A stretch of 64,000 nucleotides of DNA from Octopus vulgaris. Taxonomy: Eukaryota. Position 1 is the stretch's first letter. Each line of letters opens with the position of its first letter. Under the pieces are notes generated by a model. That model ran no database searches. It saw nothing but the letters and a program-made list of their open reading frames with translations, and was not told the DNA's origin. Both the position numbers and the translations under genes were made by a program. Positions 11,625-23,690 of this stretch are shown in pieces. The stretch covers positions 201,190,001 to 201,254,000 of the forward strand of contig OX597814.1 of assembly GCA_951406725.2 (NCBI GenBank), given 5' to 3'.

Positions 11625-12245
11625 TGAGAGACAGACAGATAAACAGACAGGCAGACAGACAGATAGACAGATAAATTCATGTAAGCATACACACATACAT
11701 AAATACATACGTACATATGTACATACATACATACATACATGCATGCATGCATGCATACATATATACATACATACATACATACATACATACATACATACAT
11801 ACATACATACATACATACATACATACATACAAAAATATGCAAGACTTTTCTCAAGTTCCAAATGTGAATTTGTCTGTGTTAACTACATCCCAAAGATGGA
11901 GCCTTGTATCTTTGTTGGAAACTGGCTCCCTCCTCAGTGGAAGATTTATAATAATTAAAGAATAGAAGAGAAATACATATATAGATACATGCATGTATAC
12001 ATACATACATACATACAAACAAAAGTACCCTGTTGTTGATGTTAAAATTCCAGTGAAGGAACCTTGGATTGGGTTAGAAACCGATACTTTCTCTTTTGGC
12101 AAGAAATCTTGAAATAAACTGAATAATGACATACATATATACATAAGTACATACATACATACATAAGTACATACATAAATACATACATACATTCATACAT
12201 AAATACATACATACATATACATGCACACAAACATACATACATTAA
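11450..12245. repeat. Compound (CA)n/(GATA)n/(GACA)n/(TACA)n microsatellite block
   Basis: Directly visible simple repeats. Confidence 0.9.
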
Positions 12246-12457
12246 GATACCACCACCAAAGGCAAACTGAATCATGAAATGTCAAGCCACCAGCTGTGGC
12301 ATTATGATAGATTGTTCAAGACTTACAGGAACCACTGACGAGAAACGCAAGGAAATTAATTACCTTTAATCAGGAAATATGTGCAGTATCATAAGAAATT
12401 ACATGAATGTAGGTCTAGGAACCATGAATTTCCATAAAACTCCAGACTCTATAAACT

Positions 12458-12780
12458 GGGATTCCATCAGTTATGACAATAAAGGTTCCAGTTGATCTGA
12501 TCAATGGAACAGCTTGCTTTGGGAACCAATGTGCAAGTGGCTGAGTACTCCATAGACACTACGACTTAATGTAGTTCTCATGGAGATTCAGTGTGACACA
12601 GAATGTGATAAGGCTGGCCCTTTAAAATAAAGGTACTCCTCATTTTTGCTAGCTGAGTTCACTGGAGCAATTTGAAATAAAGGATCTTGCTCAAGGACAC
12701 AGCATGCCACTGGGATTTGAACTCCTGACCTTATGATTGTGCACTGAATACCTTGCTCACCAAGCCACAGGACTTCACCA
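12458..12780 (-). mobile_element. tRNA-derived CORE-type SINE (family D)
   Basis: Minus strand: gtggcttggtg..ggagttcaaatccc, then tgtgtccttgagcaagatcctttatttc (CORE-like). Confidence 0.65.
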
Positions 12781-13232
12781 AACTGTTTTTCACAGTATGA
12801 ATGGACATAACATGAAGGTTTTAAAACCCCCTTCTTGGGAAAAATCTAGGGTCATTCTTAAAGGGGCTTGAGACATTTTGTCTCGGCCATTTTTGGCGCA
12901 GCTATTTTCGTGCCACTTATTTGGCCTCCATGAATCCTTACTGAGTTATTTGACATTAGATGCTATGATGTTTCTTTCATTCTCTCCTTTCTCCTTTCTC
13001 TCTCTCCCTGCCTCTATCCATTCATCTCTTCCTCCCTCTCTCCCTTCCTCTCTCTCTCCCTTCCTCTCTCTCTCTCCCTTCCTCTCCCTCCCTTCCTCTC
13101 TCTCTTTTTCTCTCTCTCTTTCCCTCTCTCTTTCTGTCTATGCATATATATTTCTGCATGTACACAGAAGAATTGGCGTAAGCTTAAATAATAAACCACG
13201 ATAGAAGGAACATGATATGGTGAGGGTTTACA

Positions 13233-13285
<53 letters not shown>

Positions 13286-13295
13286 TGTATATATA

Positions 13296-13816
13296 TGTAA
13301 GAATCTAGCTTGATCCTGCCTGATCCACTGGCTTGTTGCTTGTCAAACCAAGTGGGGAAATCCTCTCCACATCAGATGATTGATGAGGAAACACTTGATC
13401 CCCTAGGACCTGTACTGGTCAAGGAAAGGTCAGTCCTTTGTTTAAGGTTTGACCTACATTACTGACCATAATCTTTGGTGTCAGCCAGACCAAGGAGCAA
13501 CACCCACTTTTGCATCATCCTTAACCAAGAATAGCACATCCCAAGAAAGACAATGCCAGCTCTATCCTTTCTTCCTTTCTAGTCAGCACCATGCATTCCT
13601 TACCCTTTCACTCTCTACTGACAGACAACCTTTTTCTACACTATCAACTACTAACCAGTGAGCCATCCTTGTTGTTACTATCACTAGAATTGCTCCTGTC
13701 TCTTTAACTACCTGTCTGGTAACGAATAAACATATGTAAATAACATTTCTTCCTTCTTGGTGTTAATTCTTCGATGCTCACTGGTTACTCCAATGCGAGA
13801 ACCTTGAAGTGTTACA
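13296..13816 (+). mobile_element. Solo LTR (521 bp)
   Basis: TGTAA...TTACA termini, AATAAA at ~13725, and flanks tata/tcta (4-bp TSD with one mismatch). Confidence 0.65.
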
Positions 13817-13889
13817 TCTACACACTACATTTAGTATTGGGCTGCATCATATTGAATTGATATGGCACATCACATCTAGCCCACCATAT

Positions 13890-14135
13890 ATATCATCATC
13901 ATCATCTACATCGTTTAACGTCTGTTTTCCATGCTGGCATGGGTTGGACGGTTCGACTGGGGTCTGGAAAGCCAGGAGGTTGCACCAGGCTCAAGTCTGA
14001 TCTAGCAGTGTTTCTACAGCTGGATGCCCTTCCTAATGCCAACCACTCCAAGAGTGTAGTGGGTACTTTTTACATCCCACTGGCATAGGGACCAGATGGG
14101 GCTTGCATCGACCACGATCACATGGTGCTTTTTAT
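13890..14135 (-). mobile_element. RTE-type LINE 3'UTR fragment
   Basis: (cat)n, cgtttaacgtc..ggatgcccttcctaatgccaaccactcc, plus modules. Confidence 0.7.
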
Positions 14136-14164
14136 TATAATATATATATATATATATATATAAG

Positions 14165-14195
<31 letters not shown>

Positions 14196-14337
14196 AAAGT
14201 AGTGTACATTTAAACACAAAAGAGGCGACCCTTGACAGGCAGCCTTACATGTTAGAAGGAGCAGTCGAAACGACCAAAACCACATTTAAGAGCAGTTTCG
14301 AAGGGAATGAAAACTAAAAACTTTTACCTTGTTTTTT

Positions 14338-14412
14338 ACAGCCATACCAAGATTTCAAACTCTAATTAGCAAATAAAATAATTTGCTAGACGAAGTTCTC
14401 ATCAGTGGCTAC
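14338..14412 (-). ncRNA. Type I hammerhead ribozyme in a PLE-like tail
   Basis: gtagcca-CTGATGA-gaactt..[tagcaaat/atttgcta hairpin]..agagttt-GAAA-tcttg-GTA-tggctgt. Stem I is 5 Watson-Crick plus 2 GU pairs. Confidence 0.75.
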
Positions 14413-14678
14413 GTCAAAACATTAACATATAAATATATATAAATAAATAAATAAATAAATAAATTAATTAATTAATTAATTAATTAATAAATAAAATAAT
14501 ATATAAATATAAAAATATACATACATATATATATATTTGTATATATATATAAAATTTATTAGTTTAAATTATTTAAATAATTTTTTATTTTTAACTTTTA
14601 TATTTTTAAATTAATTTTATGTATTGGCTTATGTTTTTCACTGTTTTTCTCACTAATAGTGGTTTTATCTCTAATTTA

Positions 14679-14748
<70 letters not shown>

Positions 14749-15359
14749 ATGAATACACTTTAATATAAAATTCTCAAAGACAACAGATCCTGCCACTCTT
14801 TGGTTTATATGGGCTTTTACTTTCTCGTTATGAATTCCTATGTTTTGCAATTTTAACCCCTTATGGAAAAACTGAAGTTTTAGGTATATTTTGCCCATCC
14901 CCATAGTTAAACATGAAAAAGAACCCCTCCTCTTTTTGCTTTTCATTGCAGTTAATAGCATTTTGGTTTGTCTTCAGGTCATCTTTTATGGGCTAATGGC
15001 CTCTTGGGGTTTCTGGAAATGTATTGATAATATTCTGCAAATATAAATAGTTATTAGGTTCATGTTATGAGTAAGTTCTCTTTAATTCTGGTTACATACA
15101 TACATACAAACAAGCATACGCATACTCACACACACACACACACACACATATATGTATACATATGAGAAGCCTTGTCATTTAAAATTTCTAATCTCAGAAT
15201 CAGGACAAGAATTGATTGATTGAAATGTGTAGCATTTTACGACACAAATGTAGAAGATTTATGAAGGAGAAATCTAAATTGTCACTATAAATGCAAATTG
15301 TCGATGCTTTTATTCCATATGGTGTGATTCTAGACGAAAGTATTAATTTCAGTATCCTA

Positions 15360-15870
15360 TTCATCATCGTCGTCCTCATCATCATCATCGTCGTCATCAT
15401 CGTCATCGTCGTCGTCGTCATCGTCATCGTCGTTGTCGTCATCATCATCATCACTGTTGTCATCATCATCACTATCATCATTGTCGTCAGTGTAATCATT
15501 ATCGTCTCCGACGTCGTAATGGCTATCAACATCATCATCGTCGTCATCGTCATCATCATCATCGTCGTCATCGTCATCATCATCATCATCATTGTCGTCG
15601 TCGTCGTTGTCGTCATAGTTGTCAGCATCCTCATCATCATGATCATCACCACCATCAGCATCATCATCATTGCCCTCATCATCATCACCACCATATTCGC
15701 TGTTATCACCATCATCATCATCATCATCATCATCACCATTGTTGTCATCATTGTTGTCATTGTTGTCATTGTTGTCACTGCAATCATCATCATCTCCGAT
15801 GTCATTGTAATAGCCATCACATCATCGTCGTCATCATCATCATCATCATCATCATCATTATTAATCATCA
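15360..15870. repeat. (CAT/CGT)n trinucleotide expansion
   Basis: Directly visible; it abuts an RTE-type 3' end at ~15870-15970 (minus). Confidence 0.9.
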
Positions 15871-16404
15871 TTTTAACTTCCACTTTCCATGCTTGCATGA
15901 GTCAGATGGAATTTTGTTGAGGCAGATTTTCTACAACCAGATGCTCTCCCTGTCACCAACCCTCATTTGTTTCCAAGTAATGTTACATTTCCCCATGACC
16001 AGACATATTTTTCACAGACGAATGCATGCAACACACTATAATTTGTGTTACACTGTAATTTTTATTATTATTTCAGATATTGTAAGGTGATAAGCCAGCA
16101 AAATCTTTAATCCACCAGGCAAAATGCTTAGCAGCATTTCAGTCAGCTTTATGTCCTGGGTCCAAACTCCATTGAGGTTGACTTTGCTTTCGTCTTTTCA
16201 AGGTCAATAAAATGAATACCAGTTGTGTTCTGGGGGTCAGTGTAATCAACTACCCCCTCCTTTAAAATGCCAGGCCTTGAGCCTATAGTAGAAAAAAATG
16301 TATTGATTTCTTGGGAAAGGGATATATGATTAAATTAACCCCATTATATCACTGGTGTTTAGTAAATCACAAATCTACAGAAGGATGATAGGATATTAAA
16401 TACC

Positions 16405-16627
16405 TATTTCTTTACTACCCACAATGGGCTAAACACAGAGGGGACAAACAAGGACAGACAAACGGATTATATCGCCCCCAGTGTGTAACTGGTACTTATT
16501 TAATCGACCCCGAAAGGATGAAAGGCAAAGTCGACCTCGGCGGAATTTGAACTCAGAACGTAACGGCAGACGAAATACCGCTAAGCATTTCGCACGGCGT
16601 GCTAACGATTCTGCCAGCTTGCTGCCT
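16405..16627 (-). mobile_element. SINE family B, full-length with 20-bp TSD
   Basis: Perfect direct repeat atgataggatattaaatacc at 16385-16404 and 16628-16647. Confidence 0.9.
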
Positions 16628-18124
16628 ATGATAGGATATTAAATACCATTTGGCATTTAGTTCCATCTACTACTATTTCCGACATTTCTTCACCCTTGAT
16701 TAGACTAGAATTTAATTCTAGACACTCAAAATACAATATCTAAATTTTAATTATTGTAAACTAAAAAGAAAAATTACAATAAAAATCAACAATGTTTTCA
16801 TTGGAATTTGAGTAAAGATTTAATCCATAAAGTAGTTTATCTTTCAGCGTGTTGTTACAAGATTCAATACTAAAGACATGTCTGCAAGACAAACAATCAG
16901 AAGTCACTTGACTAAATAGAATTAGTGTTAAATTGTCTCAGACACATGACACTTATTATTAGCTTAGTAGTTAATGCAAATAAAAAATAGTTATGATAAT
17001 AATATAAGCTCAAGAACTTGTTTAAAGTGGTGTGAATCAGTTAATATTTATAGTTAGAATAGAATTATTTCCATTCTTTAAAGGCATCACAGATAATTGG
17101 TTTATAAATGACATCGTGAACCACTCATAATTATTTCACTGCAATTAATTAGTTAGTACACAACATCTTATGGACCACGAGTAATATTTTCATTACAGAT
17201 GAGTCATATCAAGAATGGTAGTTTGAAGCTTGTGTGTTCGTTTTCAAACATGATGTAAGCCATCTCTGTGATCTGATACAAAGCACTAGATGAATGGGTT
17301 TTGCAACATTTTATCGCTCAGCATTAAAAAGGACCAAAAACCATCAGCTACTAAAACACCAGAATATTTTCTTGCAATCCAAATCTGGAGTACATATCTC
17401 CAGACGTAAAGTATATGATTCTATGAGAAGCTGAATGCTAAACTGTGAATGTAATAAATATATTTATTTTCCACATTGCACATGTAAATTGCAGATTTTT
17501 TTCCCTTTCTCTCACTATTTTTTCATAAGTTTCTAGTAATATGCAATAAGCAGAAAATTTAGTGACTAAAACTGATTGTTGGCAGAGTTACCAGAGTGCC
17601 GGATAATGGCTAAATAAGAAAAGCAATATGCAGATTGAAACTATACTAGTGGTTTCTTATCTGTAAAGAGTATCTTACAGTTCCCATAAAACATGATTAT
17701 ATAAAAATTGATTATTCTTTGGTTACTAATGTCGTTTCCTTCGTTAATGCCTTGGGAGCTTTCTGCAGTTTTCCAGTAGTGTATAAGATTGAGATCCACC
17801 TGTTTGCATTAGTGGTATCAAGGTGAGAACATATTAGGGAAATATATTTGATAATATATAACTTATATGTGCCATTCACATAAAAATAAAAAAAAGAAAC
17901 TTGGATAAGTTGATGTTCACGGATTTATTGCACCGGGTTTTAAAACACCAACGTAAAATAAATATGCAGGAAGAATAAAAATATAGCACTATTGTTCTGC
18001 AACAATTTTCATTTTACCAGCAAATATCAATACTGTATCTGGATTTGTTTCAGTATTATTCTGATCTCATCAGTGAAAGTTAACATTTGTCATATTTGAT
18101 GAAATATTGAAGTAAAAAAATCAC

Positions 18125-18201
18125 GGGCATATGGCATAGCGGTTAAAAGCATGGGCTACTAACCCCAAGATTCCAAGTTCGATTCCAGGCAGTGACCTGA
18201 A

Positions 18202-18242
<41 letters not shown>

Positions 18243-18388
18243 TTCAAAAAATACCTTAGGAACGAGAACCCAGGTTTGAAATTTCCCTAAGACACCTGAT
18301 GAGGGCTGGAGGGTATATCAGGCGAAACGTGTTTACAACAAACAAGATGAGGACAAATATCCATCAAATGTGAATAATGTAAATAATG
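18125..18388 (+). mobile_element. tRNA-headed SINE with (AAT)n linker and hammerhead-bearing Penelope-type tail (family E)
   Basis: A box tggcatagcgg, B box aagttcgattcc, (aat)n, then gacac-CTGATGA-gggctg..caggc-GAAAC. Homologous copies at 33699-34119, 40100-40333 and 63710-64000. Confidence 0.8.
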
Positions 18389-18397
18389 AAAAATAAA

Positions 18398-18487
18398 AGT
18401 TTTCTGAATTTCCTCCATCCTATTCTTATTCTAGCTATCACATTCTCTGTGCATCCTCCCCCACTACTAACTTGGTCCTCTAGGTTG
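18398..18487 (-). mobile_element. RTE RT fragment
   Basis: LEDQVSSGGGCTENVIARIRIGWRKFRKL resembles the RTE post-RT motif YLGD.IS..GGC...V.AR...W.KFREL. Confidence 0.65.
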
Positions 18488-18830
18488 TGTGACACCTTGG
18501 GGAAATGTCTTCTACTATAGCCTCGGGCTGAGCAAAGCTTTGAGTGGATTTGGTAGACGGAAACTGAAAGAAGCTTGTCGTATATATATATGTGTGTGTG
18601 TGTGTGCGCGTGCGTGTGTATGTATGTTTGTGTGTCTGTGTTTGTCCCCACAACATCGCTTGACAACCAATGTTCGTGTGTTTACATCCCCGTAACTTAG
18701 CAGTTCAGCAAAAGAGACCGATAGAATAAATACTAGGCTTACAAAGAATAAGTCCTGGGATCGCCTAAAGGAGGTGCTCCAGCATGGCCACAGTCAAATG
18801 ACTGAAACAAGTAAAAGAATAAAAGAAAAA
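18488..18830 (+). mobile_element. SINE family A, 5'-truncated
   Basis: CORE region, (TG)n, and the family A 3' end. Confidence 0.8.
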
Positions 18831-18890
18831 TGAATAAACTTATGTTTGTATGTAGTGTATTCATATGGCATTAATTAAAAGTAGACTGGA

Positions 18891-19539
18891 GAAGAATAAT
18901 TAAAAATTAAGGAAAAATAATTAAAAATAAAAGAAGAATAATTAAAAATTAAGGAAAAATAATTAAAAATAAAAGAAGAATAATTAAAAATTAAGGAACA
19001 ATAATTAAAGATAAAGGAAGAATAATTAAAAATTAAGGAAAATTATTAAAAATAAAAGAAGAATAATTAAAAATTAAGGAACAATAATTAAAAATTAAGG
19101 AAGAATAATTAAAAATTAAGGAAAAATAATTAAAAATAAAAGAAGTATAATTAAAAATTAAGGAAAATTATTAAAAATAAAAGAAGAATAATTAAAAATT
19201 AAGGAACAATAATTAAAAATTAAGGAAGAATAATTAAAAATTAAGGAAGAATAATTAAAAATTAAGGAAAAATAATTAAAAATAAAAGAAGTATAATTAA
19301 AAATTAAGGAAGAATAATTAGAAATTAAGGAAAAATGATTAAAAATAAAGGAACAATAATTAAAAATAAAGGAACAATAATTAAAAATTAAGGAAAAATA
19401 ATTAAAAATAAAGGAAGAATAATTAAAAATAAAGGAAAAATAATTAAAAATAAAGGAAGAATAATTAAAAATTAAGGAAGAATAATTAAAAATTAAGGAA
19501 GAATAATTAAAAATTAAGGAAAAATAATTAAAAATAAAG
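18891..19539. repeat. 21-bp minisatellite (aataattaaaaattaaggaag), about 30 units
   Basis: Directly visible tandem array with unit variants. Confidence 0.95.
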
Positions 19540-19713
19540 CTATAGGAATTTAGATTTTACACTTCCATATACATAGCTATGTGGTAAGAAAGTTGCTTGC
19601 CAACCACGTGATTCTGGGTTCAGTCCCACTGTGTGATATCTTGGGCAAGTGTTTTCTACTATAACCTAGGGATGACCAAAGCCTTGTCACTGGTAAATGG
19701 AAACTGAAGGAAA

Positions 19714-19744
<31 letters not shown>

Positions 19745-20510
19745 CATCATCACCACCATCATCAACATCATCATTTTATATCTGTTGTCCATGTTGGCAC
19801 AGGTTGGACAGTTTAACTAGAGTTGGTGAGCCAGGGAACTGCACCAGATTCCTGTCGCATTCAGCATGGTTTCTATGGTTGGATGCTCTTCCTAAAGTCA
19901 ACCATTCCACACAGTGTGCTGGGTGCTTTTGCATGGCGTCAGAAGGGCACTTTTATGTGGAACCACAAGGGCACTGTTATGTGGAACTGTAAAGGCACTT
20001 TTACATGGCACCACCACAAATGCTTTTTTACAGGTCAATCCTTGCCACAGGGTAGGAGGCGGTTCTTAACAATTCTACTGTGAAACACAGGACTTCTTGA
20101 ATACAGCAAGGCACCAAGTATCTTGGTCTATTGTCATCTCATCTGAAAGGTTTAGCATCCTGAGATCATTCTTCAGTTTTTCATCCCATGTTGTCCTGGG
20201 TCTCCCTCTCCCATGTGCATTTTATGTGCCACCGGCACAGGAGCCAGTTAGGCAGGCCTGGTATTGATCACATTCAGATAGTCGTTTTTATGTGCCACAG
20301 GCACGGGAGCTAGTCAGGTGGACCTGGCATCAACCACATTCAGATGGTGCTTTTTATGTGCCACCGGAACGGGAACCAGTCAAGGGGCACTGGTATCAAC
20401 CATATTTGGATGGTGCTCTTTACATGCCACTGGCACAGGAACCAGTCAGGGGGCACTGGCCACAGCTACGATTTTGGTTTTACTTGACTCAACAGGTCTT
20501 CTCAAGCATA
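19745..20510 (-). mobile_element. RTE LINE 3' pieces: ORF C-terminus and modular 3'UTR
   Basis: Minus ~20212-20080 reads GRGRPRTTWDEKLKNDLRMLNLSDEMTIDQDTW (RTE C-terminus GRP..TW...D...DR..W), flanked by UTR modules and a (gat)n tail. Confidence 0.7.
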
Positions 20511-21090
20511 TCATAACGCATTATGTTGAATTTAAAATAATTATCCAAAAAGAAAGTTTTGTATGTAACTTAAAACTACTTTTGTCAACAGATTAACAAC
20601 TGAGTGGGGTTGGAGCTTGTATTCCAGAAAAGATTTCAATATACTTCAAATGGTGCGGTGAAGGTGGTGGTGGTGGTGGTGGTGATGGGAGTGAGATTTT
20701 GTTTTGGTTTGTTTTGTTTTGTTTTTTGTTGTGTTGCTGTTGTTGTAACTGTAATGCCTACCTTTAATATATTATCAACAACTGACAATATAAATATCAA
20801 GAAATATTTTTGTAATATAAATATCATAAATATGAAGAAATATTTCTGTAATATAGAGTTAAAAAATAAAGCAAATACAAATGCTCATATCATCAGTAAT
20901 AAATAATAAGACACAAGTTTATGTTGTAAGTAATATGTTTTGTTGTCAAATAAAGTCATATTTTATTTGGGGCTTGTTCAAAATGCAATAATGTATAGAT
21001 GTTCACTTGAAAAATGATAATATTGTCTGGCTTTTATATTAAATGAACATTTTCCTGACTTTGTGTTTGGAATCACTTTAGCAATTGAAG

Positions 21091-21121
<31 letters not shown>

Positions 21122-21379
21122 GGAGATGAGGGGGGAAAGAAAGGAAGAAGGAAAGAGAAAAACTAATAAGATATGTGATTTTGGTCAAAGTCCAATATTT
21201 TTAAACAATTTCTCAAATATCTGCAAATATTTTAGAAAAGTTTCCAGTTGAATAATTCACTTTTTCTTACATGTACATACATATTAAAAGTTGTGGTGCT
21301 CATACATGCAAATATGATATGTACTTAAATTTTCTGAGTTCAAATCAATCTACAGCCCATAGCATAACATCGATAAGGT

Positions 21380-22650
21380 ATAGCAACCACATGGTTCTGG
21401 GTTCAGTCCCGCTGCATGGCATCTTGGGCAAGTGTCTTCTACTATAGTCTTGGGCTGACTAGGGCCTTATGACTGGATTTGGTGGATGGAAACTGAAAGA
21501 AGCCTCTTGTATATATATATGTGTATGTGTGTGTGTTTGTGTGTGTTTGTGTGTCTGTGTTTTTCCCTCCAACATTGCTTCACAACCAATGCTGGTGTAT
21601 TTACGTCCCTGTAACTTAGCGGTTTGGCAAAAGAGACTGATAGAATAAGTACTAGGTTTCCAAAGAATAAGTCCTGGGGTCGATTTGCTCCACTAGAGGC
21701 GGTGCTCCAGCATGGCCACAGTCAAATGACTGAAACAAGTAACAGAATAAAAGAATAAAATTGAGCCATCACTCACAAGCATGACTGTGTGGTAAGAAGC
21801 TTGCTTCCTACCCACATGGTTCTAGGTTCAGTCCTACTGCATGGCAAGTATCTTCTACTAAAGCCTCAGGCTGATCAAAGCCTTATGAGTGGATTTGGTC
21901 GATGAAAACTGAAAGAAGCTCATCAAATATACATGTGAGTGTATTTGTGTGTGTATGTGTGTGTGTGAGTGTGTGTGTGTCTTTGTGTCTGTGTTTGTCC
22001 TCCACCAATGCTTGATAACCTGTGTTGGCATGTTTACGTCCCTGTAACCTAGTGGTTTAGCAAAAACGAAAACACTAGTAGAATAAGAACCAGACTTCAG
22101 ACAACAAAAAAAGGTACTGGGGGTTGATTCATTCTAGTAAACATTCTTCAAGGCGGTGCCCCAGCATGGCCACATTCCAAAGACTGAAACAACTAAAGGA
22201 TGAAAGATAAAAGATAAAGTATGACCTGGAAGTTTATACCCTGTTTAATTGTTTTGGGGTATACTCTCTTACTTGTTTCAGTCATTTGACTGTGGCCATG
22301 CTGGAGCACCACCTTTAATCTACCAAATCAACCCTAGGACTTATTCTTTGTAAGCCTAGTAATTATTCTATTGGTCTCTTTTGCCGAACTGCTAAGTTAC
22401 GGGGATGTAAACACACCAGCATCAGTTGTCAAGCGATGTTGGGGGGACAAACACACACATATATATATACATATATACATATATACAACAGGCTTCTTTC
22501 AGTTTCAATCTACCAAATCTACTCACAGGGCTTTGGTCGGCCCAAGGCTATAGTAGAAGACACTTGCTCAAGATGCCACAGAGTGGGCCTGAACCCGGAA
22601 GCCATGTTGTTGGTAAGCAAGCTACTTACCACACAGTCACTCCTACGCAG
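21380..22650. mobile_element. Three adjacent SINE family A copies (21380-21760 plus, 21775-22220 plus, 22262-22650 minus)
   Basis: Family A head, CORE and 3' motifs in each copy. Confidence 0.8.
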
Positions 22651-23101
22651 TCATTAGTAGGCATAGACACCCTCTCAGTTCCCACTCCTACCCTTCAACC
22701 AGTGGCTCGTCAATGACTTTGCTGATGAAAGAAGAGAGAGAAGGCTGTACCAGCAGCTACCTCTTACTCATTTGAACTGGAATAGACTAGGAGTAACATG
22801 AAACGAAGGGCTTTGCACAAGAACTCAATGCACTGCTCATTGCTGGAATCGAAACTGCGAACTTACGAGCTTCAGCCAAACTTTCTAACCACTAGGCCAG
22901 TATGTATAATGACCATTCTGGCAGCACAAAACATGTCCTTGAGTGTCAGAGGAAAGTCATTATATATTCATAAATTTAGCCAGTGAGGTGGCTTCTCGAA
23001 AATCTGCTTCAACAAATTCTGTCTGATCCATGTAATGATGGAAGAGTGGACGTTAAAGCAATGAGGATGATAATGATGGTGATGATGATGACGATGATGA
23101 C

Positions 23102-23139
<38 letters not shown>

Positions 23140-23140
<1 letters not shown>

Positions 23141-23690
23141 CATCATCATCATCATCATTTAATGTCCACTTTCTATGCTAGCATAGATTGGACGGTTTGA
23201 CTGAGGACTGGCAAGCCAGGAGGCTGCACCAGGCTCTAATCTGATCTGGAAAGGCTTATACAGCCCTTCCTAATGCCAACCACTCTGAGAGTGTGGTGGG
23301 TGCTTTTTACGTGCCACCAGCGTGGGGACCAGGCGGGTGGCCCTGGCATCGACCACACTCAAATGGTGCTTTTTACGTGCCAGTGGCACGGGAACCAGTC
23401 AGGTGGTTCTGGCATTGACCATGCTCAAATGAAGCTTTTTTTACAGTCCACCAGCATGGGAGCCAGTCAGGTGGCACTGGCATCAATCACACTTGAATGG
23501 TGCTTTATATGTGCCACCGACATGGGGGCCAGTCAGACAGCACTAGCATCGACCATGCTCAAATGGTGCTTTTTATGTGCCACTGGCATGGAAGCCTGTT
23601 AGGTGGATCTGGCATCGACCACGCTTAAATGGTGCTTTTTAGGTGCCACCAGCACAGGTACCAGTCAGGTGGCACTGGCATCAGCCATGC
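23140..23690 (-). mobile_element. RTE-type 3'UTR with about 7 tandem hairpin modules
   Basis: Repeated aatggtgctttttacgtgccac.ggcac units of ~55 bp following the (cat)n end. Confidence 0.75.

Noticed and set aside
11523-12275. MYVC/IHTY-repeat ORFs
   Set aside because: Translations of the (TACA)n microsatellite.
14710-15090. 96-aa ORF in an AT-rich insert next to (TA)n
   Set aside because: Possibly a PLE coding remnant, but no diagnostic motif could be read with confidence.
15200-15920. 232-aa and 209-aa ORFs (poly-M/T/D, poly-I/V)
   Set aside because: Translations of a (CAT/CGT)n expansion with no coding signal. The same applies to 33651-34327, 46441-46823 and 56092-56473.
18020-18085. 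CTGATGA...GAAAC on the minus strand
   Set aside because: Stem II overlaps the GAAA box, and no UH or stem I partner could be found.
23270-23690. Repeat-spacer appearance resembling a CRISPR array (also 41550-42160)
   Set aside because: The apparent spacers are homologous to each other, the array is part of a dispersed retroelement UTR, the context is eukaryotic, and there are no cas genes.
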